A DNA stretch of 39,045 nucleotides, taken from the IMG/VR virus record IMGVR_UViG_3300048631_000675, positions 1-39,045 of that record, one strand, 5' to 3'. The notes under the pieces are model-generated. The model was not told where the DNA came from and ran no database searches. It saw only the letters and a list, made by a program, of their open reading frames with translations. The position numbers and the translations under genes were made by a program. The stretch is from a virus (taxonomy: Duplodnaviria; Caudoviricetes). This document shows, piece by piece, positions 1 to 8,483 of this stretch; positions within the stretch are counted from its first letter, which is position 1, and the number at the start of each line of letters is the position of its first letter.

Positions 1-1492
<1,492 letters not shown>

Positions 1493-1506
<14 letters not shown>

Positions 1507-1684
1507 GCCCGTCCAGTCATGGCGCATGAGTGCGTCGGCGTTCGGTGGATACCGCAGACTTATCTGGGCAATCCTCGCCTGCTACGCTGGTTGGCATACG
1601 TGGGGCCGCACATTCTGGATTAGGGAAGGCGTGACGGACTGGTCGTGTCAAGTCTGCCGCAAGCGGAAAGGAGGCTCCCAATGA
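1493..1684 (+). CDS. Small phage hypothetical protein with C-terminal CxxC
   Basis: AGGAG RBS; ATGA overlap with the next gene. Confidence 0.55.
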
Positions 1685-2022
1685 CTGATAAGACGCCGGC
1701 CGAGCGGCTGCGGAGGGCAACTACTCGCGGAACATGCGAACGCGAGCCGCGCGCACTGGTCGAAAGCGCGCTGATTGCCGAAGCCGCCGACGCACTCGAC
1801 GCCAAGGACGTGGAGATCGCGCAACTCAAGTGGGCATTGGACAAAAGCCGAGAGCGCCGAGGCGAGACCGCCGAATCCTATCTGGCGGAGATCGCGCGGT
1901 GGAAGGCGCTGCTCATCGAGCGGGACGGCGGCAACCATGACGCCGACTGCCGCATCCACAACTGGCCCGAGCGGGGCTGTAGCTGCGGCCATCTCGACGT
2001 GATCGCCGCCCTGCGCAAATGA
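1681..2022 (+). CDS. Phage hypothetical protein, coiled coil plus His/Cys motif
   Basis: AGGAGG RBS; motif HDADCRIHNWPERGCSCG. Confidence 0.7.
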   Translation: MTDKTPAERLRRATTRGTCEREPRALVESALIAEAADALDAKDVEIAQLKWALDKSRERRGETAESYLAEIARWKALLIERDGGNHDADCRIHNWPERGCSCGHLDVIAALRK

Positions 2023-2024
2023 AG

Positions 2025-2056
2025 AACCGCCCGCCGGATCACTGGCGGGCGGGTTT
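2025..2056. terminator. Intrinsic terminator hairpin between convergent genes, probably bidirectional
   Basis: CCGCCCGCCGG-ATCA-CTGGCGGGCGG followed by GTTT, between stops at 2022 (+) and 2059 (-). Confidence 0.75.
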
Positions 2057-2058
2057 GC

Positions 2059-4083
2059 TTAGGTCTGCGTTCCGACCACTACCCCGTCTGTGTCCGATGT
2101 GGGAGCACTCGACTTGATCCGCAGTTTGCCCGTGGCATCCACCCAGAGGTGATTTGCCCCCATCACGATATGCGCCGAGTTCCAGCCGCCGCCATAGTAC
2201 GTCTGGTTGCCGTACTGGGTGTTGGCCCCGTCCCCCATGGCACGGGGGCCGATGTCGTTGATCTTGTTGCCAAGGTACACCATCGGCATGGCGATCTCGC
2301 CCGCCTTCGACGGGGTGGCTGCCGTCACGCCGGAGGCATAGATGCGGAACACTAGATATTTTGCATCAGCGGCGACAGTTGGCACGTTCATGGTAACGGA
2401 GCGATAAAGCGCCGTGCCGTCGCTCGGGAATACTTCTGCCGTAGCTTGTTGGAGGTTTGAGCCGCCCGACGTTCGAGTTATGGCGCGGATCGACATGGAG
2501 ACGCCGGGCTCAGCTTTCCCGAAGCATCCAAAAGTTATGGTCTTGCCCCGGAGCCACGAATGAACGTCAAGGTCAATGTAACTCATCAGGTGGTCAACGG
2601 TGACGGTCGTGGATGCCGACGCCTGTTCGATGGAGATGGAGTTGTACCCGTAAATCTTATTGGCAGTAGTGACTGCTGATCCCCAATTCAGCCCGCCAAG
2701 GCCATACTCAAATCCAGCGTTCAGGATTAGGTTGCGCCCCTGTGCCGAGAAGTTCTCGACGTTGTTGCCATTCGACGGGCCACGGTTTTTCACGACGCTT
2801 GCATAAGCGCTTTTCTCAATCGGGATTGAAAGCGTGTTTCCGGTGCCACCGACGAAGCCGTATGGGTTGAGCATCAGCGAGCCGGGGCCGCCTAGTTTAA
2901 TCTTGCCCGTCGCGACGCCTTCCGCCCAGAAGTTCGTGTAGACGTTTTCTTCCGCCCCGTTTGTCCCGCCCATTTCCTCAAGGAAATAGAGCATATTGCT
3001 CTCGGCGTTGCAGTTGTCGAAGTGCGCCCCGCGCCCGTACACCCGATACCCTGCGGTGATCGGTTGCCCAGCGTTGTTCGTCGCCAGCGCATAGAACTGC
3101 TTGTAGGTGTTGGAGTTGGAATAGTAGTTCATCAGGAAGCAGATGTCGTAATCGCGCGCGTTAACGCTCTCATACGTCCCCGTGATGGCCTGCTGCCCCG
3201 GCTGGCTCACCGATCCGAACTGCACCCCGACCGAACCCGAGCCGGTCGTAATCGGATAGGTTGTGACAGCCGAGACGTTGAAAAGGACAGTGCATGTGCC
3301 GGTCAACTGGCACCAGATGCCGTTGCCTGCCCCCGTGTTCTTCACCGTAACGTTTTCCAGTCGTCCGCCGTAATTTGTCAGCGTGACCGCGAACACGCCA
3401 GCCCCGACATCAGAGATGAACGTCGCGAAACCACCGAAGCGGTCGTTTCCGGTGCCGACCACATGGCAATTCACGTTCAGCGTTCCGCCCGACAGGAAGT
3501 AGCCAGAGCCTGGGACGATCAGCCTAGCCGTTGCGGCAAAAGCCGTGTCAATTGCGGATTGCAGCTTGGTTCGGTCGTTCGTCACGCCGTCGCGCGCACA
3601 GCCCCACGCCATTGCATTATAGGAGCCATCGTCAGCGGGCAGAACCTTTAGCTTCACGCCTCCCGAAGTCGTCAGAATATCGGGGCCCGTTGTCCCGCTA
3701 GCCACTTCCTTATAGCGGAAGCCCCCGGCCTCCCAGATGGAGCCGACGCCGCGCGCTTTCTCCTTGCTGGCAAGAAGGGCTGCAACGGTCGCGTAATTGA
3801 TCTTTGTCAGGTCGGGACGCACCTTTTCACCCGTCCAGACCGTCGCGCCGAGGCTATCCCGGTCAATGACTTTGTATTCCGCATCGCCGGGCAGGTAGAT
3901 TTCGGGGAAATAGCCCGCCGCGTCAGCCGGAACCGCCTGCGGATGCGGCGTGGTTAGCGCAGCGTCCGCATAGGTCGTAACGGGGGTTGTCGTCTCCGCA
4001 ACGTAAACCGTGCGGGTGCCGCCTGAGATGGGGTTGGCGTTGCTGTCGAGGACGCGCGCCGGATTGACGTTCAAACGTGCCAT
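2059..4083 (-). CDS. Tailspike / receptor-binding protein (beta-helix, pectate-lyase-like start)
   Basis: N-terminal virion-anchoring region (LDSNANPISGGTRTVYVAETTTPVTTYAD); beta-helix cap NAMAWGCARDGVTNDRTKLQSAID; G/N/T-rich; C-terminal HLWVDATGKLRIKSSAPTSDTDG. Confidence 0.8.
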   Translation of the reverse strand: MARLNVNPARVLDSNANPISGGTRTVYVAETTTPVTTYADAALTTPHPQAVPADAAGYFPEIYLPGDAEYKVIDRDSLGATVWTGEKVRPDLTKINYATVAALLASKEKARGVGSIWEAGGFRYKEVASGTTGPDILTTSGGVKLKVLPADDGSYNAMAWGCARDGVTNDRTKLQSAIDTAFAATARLIVPGSGYFLSGGTLNVNCHVVGTGNDRFGGFATFISDVGAGVFAVTLTNYGGRLENVTVKNTGAGNGIWCQLTGTCTVLFNVSAVTTYPITTGSGSVGVQFGSVSQPGQQAITGTYESVNARDYDICFLMNYYSNSNTYKQFYALATNNAGQPITAGYRVYGRGAHFDNCNAESNMLYFLEEMGGTNGAEENVYTNFWAEGVATGKIKLGGPGSLMLNPYGFVGGTGNTLSIPIEKSAYASVVKNRGPSNGNNVENFSAQGRNLILNAGFEYGLGGLNWGSAVTTANKIYGYNSISIEQASASTTVTVDHLMSYIDLDVHSWLRGKTITFGCFGKAEPGVSMSIRAITRTSGGSNLQQATAEVFPSDGTALYRSVTMNVPTVAADAKYLVFRIYASGVTAATPSKAGEIAMPMVYLGNKINDIGPRAMGDGANTQYGNQTYYGGGWNSAHIVMGANHLWVDATGKLRIKSSAPTSDTDGVVVGTQT

Positions 4084-4110
4084 ATGGGCCTCTAGTATGT
4101 GATGGTGGGG

Positions 4111-4370
4111 TTAGGCCGCGCCTACGGCGGTGACGGAGGCCGCGCCAAATCCGAGCAGCCAAAGACGTTCATTGCCTGTGAGGGTCATGGAGACGTTTTC
4201 GCCCAGCGGAAGGATATGGCCCGACGAAAGTGAAGGCGGTGTGGTGGTTTCTGAGATGGCCCAGTAAAGGGGCGCGCCCCCGGCATGTCGGTGGCGGTGA
4301 TTGTGACGTCCCCCGCCGTGGCGACAGGAACCCATGACCCAGCCAGGGCCTTGCGGATTGTGGTAGCCAA
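4111..4370 (-). pseudogene. Small virion-type protein split by a one-base frameshift in a G5 run
   Basis: MATTIRKALAGSWVPVATAGDVTITATDMPG (4370 frame) continues as GAPLYWAISETTTPP...LTGNERLWLLG (4111 frame) if one G is added at 4277-4281. Confidence 0.55.
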
Positions 4371-4372
4371 GT

Positions 4373-4756
4373 TCAGTCCAGTCTGAGGAAAACGTTGGAG
4401 AGGGTTGCGGCCACGCCCACGGGGGCGCGGATCATCAGAATTTTTGACGCGGGGGTGAAGCTGAGGACGTGGATTCCGAGGCCGAGCGTCTGGGACACGG
4501 CCCCGGTTTGCACCTGCACCCCGAGCGACAGGCCGGTCAGCGTGAGATCGAGCCTGTATCGCTGCCCGACTGTGATCCGGCTGGAGGCGTCGAGCGTCTG
4601 CGTGGAAATGAGTGGCGCGACAATGCGCCAGATCCCCGGAGCGGGGTTCGTCCAGTCCCCCGTGCTGTCGAACGCTGGCAGCAGGTTCTCAGGCGCGGGG
4701 GCTGGCTCAAGGATGACAACCGGCTTGGGGAGCCGGAAGCCCGTAAGCATCTTCAT
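4373..4756 (-). CDS. Hypothetical beta-rich protein, possible carbohydrate-binding or tail accessory domain
   Basis: ENLLPAFDSTGDWT...VGQRYRLDLTL...LSNVFLR pattern; tightly packed in the late operon. Confidence 0.6.
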   Translation of the reverse strand: MKMLTGFRLPKPVVILEPAPAPENLLPAFDSTGDWTNPAPGIWRIVAPLISTQTLDASSRITVGQRYRLDLTLTGLSLGVQVQTGAVSQTLGLGIHVLSFTPASKILMIRAPVGVAATLSNVFLRLD

Positions 4757-4762
4757 TTGGTG

Positions 4763-4969
4763 TCAGAGGATGCGCTTCGTCGCCGTGATGCGCCCGTAAA
4801 TGGCGATGATGCCCGAAACCAGCGTGACGGCTTGCGTCAGGATGACGACGAGCGAGGCTTGGTCTGCCGCGCTGAACTCGTAGCCGAAGAACTGCGCAAG
4901 GGTCGCGAGGATGGCGACAAAGCCCGCCCAAACGGTTTTGGACGCGAGCAGGGATTTGTAGTCGGTCAT
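4763..4969 (-). CDS. Holin-like two-TM membrane protein
   Basis: 68 aa, two hydrophobic segments, KSLLASKTVW N-terminus, basic C-terminus (YGRITATKRI), directly after the endolysin. Confidence 0.7.
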   Translation of the reverse strand: MTDYKSLLASKTVWAGFVAILATLAQFFGYEFSAADQASLVVILTQAVTLVSGIIAIYGRITATKRIL

Positions 4970-4970
4970 G

Positions 4971-5480
4971 TCAGGCTCCTTTGAGCGTTTTGAGGAAGGC
5001 GATGATCTTGTCGATCAGCCGGTCGGTTTCGCTGGGGGTCACGTCGGCGGGGTCGGCGTTCACCGAGCGCCACCATTGCGCGGCGTCGTAGCCGGGGCAT
5101 TGCGTGGGCCCGAGGTCGCGATGGCCCACGATTTTCGCGCTGGGATGGCGCTTGAGAATGTCGCGGGTCAGGTTGGCGAGCGCCCGCTTCTGGGCTTCGG
5201 TGCGGTTGTCCACGCCGATGTTGGGGCCGGTCGCGCGCTCGATGCCGCCAATGCAGCAGATGCCAATTGAGCCGGTGTTGTAGCCTTTGACGTGCGCGCC
5301 GATCTCGCGTTCGCCCCTGCCCTTTTCGACCGTGCCGTCACGCCGGATGACGTAGTGATAGCCGACCGTGCGGAAGCCACGCGCCTTGTGCATCCGGGTC
5401 ATCTCGGCAACGCCCCAATCCTGGTCGGGATAGGTGGCCGAGTAGTGATAGACGATGTATTTCACGTCGCTCTGGCTCAT
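4971..5480 (-). CDS. Endolysin, N-acetylmuramoyl-L-alanine amidase (T7 gp3.5 / Amidase_2 type)
   Basis: IVYHYSAT, GYHYVIRRDGTVEKGR, IGAHVKGYN, SIGIC, GHRD and CP zinc-amidase motifs. Confidence 0.92.
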   Translation of the reverse strand: MSQSDVKYIVYHYSATYPDQDWGVAEMTRMHKARGFRTVGYHYVIRRDGTVEKGRGEREIGAHVKGYNTGSIGICCIGGIERATGPNIGVDNRTEAQKRALANLTRDILKRHPSAKIVGHRDLGPTQCPGYDAAQWWRSVNADPADVTPSETDRLIDKIIAFLKTLKGA

Positions 5481-6592
5481 AGGCCGATCCTCGCTCTGGA
5501 AATCTCGCCCTGCGTCCGGTGGAGCGTGATGCTCACCAGACCGCGCCGGGCGGTGTAGCCGTTGGAATGTGCGTAGGGGTCACGGGGGATGATGGTGCCG
5601 ATGCTCTCCAGCATCAGGCCGCCGATCTCGCGCGCCGTGGCGTGGTGGATATGCCCCGAGAGCGCGAGGCGGTGTTTCGTGCGGCCCCACATCTCGGGCC
5701 ATTCAGCCGGGACGAAATGTCCCATGCGCTCGGGCTTCACGCGGTCGCCGTGGTGGACGATCAGCATGTTTTTCCCGAACTCGTAGGCCCAGAACTCATT
5801 GGCCGTGACCATGATCTCGACGCCGGGCGTGTTCGCGTAATGCTCCTCAAGGGCCATCGTGACGCCGTGGAAGGCGTGAATATCGTGGTTCCCACGGCAG
5901 CCGCGATAGATGACCTTCGGATACTTTCGGCGCAGGATCTCGATGGCCGTTTTCATGGCCGCGACAGCACGGCGCAGCGCCCGGTAATACCGCTCTGCGG
6001 CGTCAAGCTGGTGGCCATGGCCGCGCGTCTGGTTTGTCTGGTCGTCCATGTGCAGGAGGTCGCCCAACTGCGCGATGACCGCCGTTCCCGCGCTGGGGGT
6101 GACTTCCGCCAGCCGCTCGAAGGTCTCGGCAAATACCCGGCTTGCCTTGGGGCCGTCCCAATCCTCACCCACTTCCTCAGCGTGGGTCAGCAAGCCGATA
6201 TGGAGGTCAGCGACGGGGAACACCGCGCAGACATCGGGAACGCTGATCGGCGCGGGAACGGATACCGGCGCGGGAACATCTGCAAGGCCCTCGCGGATGG
6301 CCTCGATGATGCGGGCCGGGTCGTCGTCCTTGCGGGCCGCCTTCCAGAACGTCGAACGCGAGATGACGTTGCCGTCAGCGTCTGCCTTGATCCAGCCATG
6401 CGAGGCATCTGCGATGTCCAGTTCCGCCGACATCACCGCATCCCGATGGCCGGGGCTGGCTTCCTCCCACCGCTCGGCCTTGTCGATCAGAACCCGCACC
6501 GTGGCGCGGCTCTTGCCCATGCGGCGGGCTACTTCGGTGCGGTTGCCCGTCTCGCGGAACAGAGCCAGCGCCTCGGCTTGCAGCGGGGTCAT
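5477..6592 (-). CDS. N-terminal HTH fused to a calcineurin-like metallophosphoesterase
   Basis: GNRTEVARRMGKSRATVR helix-turn-helix; DLHIG, GDLLH, GNHD, HHGD and GHIH motifs. Confidence 0.85.
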   Translation of the reverse strand: MTPLQAEALALFRETGNRTEVARRMGKSRATVRVLIDKAERWEEASPGHRDAVMSAELDIADASHGWIKADADGNVISRSTFWKAARKDDDPARIIEAIREGLADVPAPVSVPAPISVPDVCAVFPVADLHIGLLTHAEEVGEDWDGPKASRVFAETFERLAEVTPSAGTAVIAQLGDLLHMDDQTNQTRGHGHQLDAAERYYRALRRAVAAMKTAIEILRRKYPKVIYRGCRGNHDIHAFHGVTMALEEHYANTPGVEIMVTANEFWAYEFGKNMLIVHHGDRVKPERMGHFVPAEWPEMWGRTKHRLALSGHIHHATAREIGGLMLESIGTIIPRDPYAHSNGYTARRGLVSITLHRTQGEISRARIGL

Positions 6593-6877
6593 TCACATCA
6601 CCTCGCCAGCCGGTTCGGACAGCGGCGTGTGGTGGTCGCCGGAGCCGACGAGACAGCTTGTGCCATCCGGGCGCGTGACCGTGATTGCCCAAGAGCCATT
6701 CGGGCCAGCCCAGAGCGTGATGATATGCCCGGCTCCATCGAGGCCGATGCTCTGGCGCGTCTGCTTGAGCCGGTCCCGATGGGCCTCGGTCACTACGGCA
6801 GTGGGAGCGCATTGTGGCGCGGCAGCGGCTGGGAACGCCAAAACAACCGCCAGGGCGGTGAGCATCAGGGCTTTCAT
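6593..6877 (-). CDS. Small secreted protein (signal peptide, two Cys)
   Basis: MKALMLTALAVVLAFPAAA signal peptide; AAGGAG RBS. Confidence 0.75.
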   Translation of the reverse strand: MKALMLTALAVVLAFPAAAAPQCAPTAVVTEAHRDRLKQTRQSIGLDGAGHIITLWAGPNGSWAITVTRPDGTSCLVGSGDHHTPLSEPAGEVM

Positions 6878-6889
6878 GGGAAGGCTCCT

Positions 6890-7435
6890 TTAGGGAAGCA
6901 GTTCGAACGTCACCACGTCCGTCTTGTCGAACACGCGCTCGCCTTGGCACTCGTATTCGAGCGAAATATGCAACTCGACGCGGCCATCCCGAAGCGTGGG
7001 CGGAGGGGTGATGTCGAGACGAATGCGGGTTTGTTGGTCGGTGACTTGCTGCATCGGGGAGATGGGCGAACCCGGCGTGACGATGCCCGACGCATCACGA
7101 AAAAGCGATTGCCCTCCCAAGAACCGGCAGGACATGCCCCGCGTTGTCCTTTGCAGAACCAAGTTCAGGACGACAGTTTCGCCCACATGGACCGGCTCGG
7201 ACACATAGCTAAGGCCCGTAGGCTGACGAATGATGCGATCCTCACCGGCCAGGGTGCGGATCTGGGTCGAGAGGTCGTCAATCCCCAATTCCGAGCGTAG
7301 GAAGGCCGTAACGTTGCCCCCATAAATCGCCCATACGCCAGTCAGCACGATAGAGAGCAAGAACGCGGCGGCCCCACCAATGACGAGGCCGTCGCGGATA
7401 AGTCCCGCAAGACGGGATGGCAGAGATTGCGTCAC
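6890..7435 (-). CDS. Single-TM membrane protein with a probable periplasmic domain (lysis region)
   Basis: Hydrophobic segment GLVIGGAAAFLLSIVLTGVWAIY, then a beta-rich domain with two Cys; GTGA overlap with the upstream gene. Confidence 0.7.
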   Translation of the reverse strand: MTQSLPSRLAGLIRDGLVIGGAAAFLLSIVLTGVWAIYGGNVTAFLRSELGIDDLSTQIRTLAGEDRIIRQPTGLSYVSEPVHVGETVVLNLVLQRTTRGMSCRFLGGQSLFRDASGIVTPGSPISPMQQVTDQQTRIRLDITPPPTLRDGRVELHISLEYECQGERVFDKTDVVTFELLP

Positions 7436-8244
7436 GACACCCCCAAGAGGCTGTAAAGCGCGCCCATATCCATGCCCGTTGGTGGCGGGGTCCAGCGTTC
7501 GCGCGGGGCCTCAGCGGAGCGGGGGTCAACCCCTTCCGGCATGGCTGGCGCGCGGCCACGCTGCTCGAAATTGCCCCGCATCAGCCCGGCAAGCAGCTTC
7601 TCGGCCTTGGCACGATGCCCGGCCATCTGCTCTCGCACCTTGTCCGCCACGGTCCCCGGTGCGCCGCCGTTGTTGGCGTCCGAGCGGGTGTAGAGGCCCG
7701 GAGCGCCTGCGTTGATGGTCGAATAGATGTCGAGCAGGCCCATGCCCGGCTTGACGCCACGGTCGCGCAGGTACTTCGCCACGGCCCCTTCCGGCCCAAG
7801 CTGAGAGCCGAGCGGATCATTCCAATCCACCCCGTATTGCTGCGCCTGCGGCTCCCCGAACTGGATCAAGCCCCGGTGCTGGCCCCATTGCGTCGTCGGG
7901 CCGCGCTTGGTCGGATCGAACGTTCCGGCGGTTTCGTAGGAAATGGCGGTTGCCAGATCCAGAGGGTCAACGCCAAGGCTGCGGGCCGTCTCGATGATGC
8001 CCGAGGCCAGCGGGTCATCGCTGGTGCCGTAGTCCATCGCCACGGCGGCTTCCCGTGTCGGGCCGCCATAAGCCGCAAGCGCGTTCTGCTGCGGCGTCCA
8101 TGACGGGTTGTAGCCCATGGGGGCTTCGGGCTGCCCTGCGCGCGAGATCATCGCCGCCGTGGGAGCCGCGCCCTGCATGAACGCTCCCAGCGCATTGGGC
8201 AGCACTTGTCCGCCAGGGTTGTAGTTCCCCGAGGGCGCTGCCAT
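7432..8244 (-). CDS. Lysozyme/lytic-transglycosylase-like protein, probably virion-associated
   Basis: ARSLGVDPLDLATAISYETAG (putative catalytic Glu) and GLIQF motif; low-complexity N-terminus resembling ejection proteins. Start uncertain. Confidence 0.7.
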   Translation of the reverse strand: MAAPSGNYNPGGQVLPNALGAFMQGAAPTAAMISRAGQPEAPMGYNPSWTPQQNALAAYGGPTREAAVAMDYGTSDDPLASGIIETARSLGVDPLDLATAISYETAGTFDPTKRGPTTQWGQHRGLIQFGEPQAQQYGVDWNDPLGSQLGPEGAVAKYLRDRGVKPGMGLLDIYSTINAGAPGLYTRSDANNGGAPGTVADKVREQMAGHRAKAEKLLAGLMRGNFEQRGRAPAMPEGVDPRSAEAPRERWTPPPTGMDMGALYSLLGVS

Positions 8245-8297
8245 TTGTGATAAATAGTTGACGCTTGCAAGCTGCATGGCGAACCTCGGGAGGGAAC

Positions 8298-8483
8298 ATG
8301 GAAGCCACACCAGAACTAGTCGCCAGCGGCGTATTGCTCGCGGCGTTCATCATGTTCTGTCTCAGGCTATCGTTTCGACAATGGGAGAAAGGCCGCCGCA
8401 CGTTGGCGGTGCTGATCGGCCTTCCCTTTGGCCTCTGGGGCTTTGGCCTGCTTATGGCGTCCTTCGGCTTCGGCGCGTTTTAA
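8298..8483 (+). CDS. 61-aa two-TM membrane protein, opposite to the late operon (moron-like)
   Basis: GGGAGGGA RBS, two hydrophobic helices, TTGACG at 8258 in an AT-rich upstream stretch. Confidence 0.65.
   Translation: MEATPELVASGVLLAAFIMFCLRLSFRQWEKGRRTLAVLIGLPFGLWGFGLLMASFGFGAF

Noticed and set aside
2059-4083. Diversity-generating retroelement or invertible tail-fibre cassette
   Set aside because: No reverse transcriptase, no template/variable repeat pair and no intact invertase seen.
5519-7300. 593-aa plus-strand ORF
   Set aside because: Antisense shadow of three well-supported minus-strand genes; no motifs.
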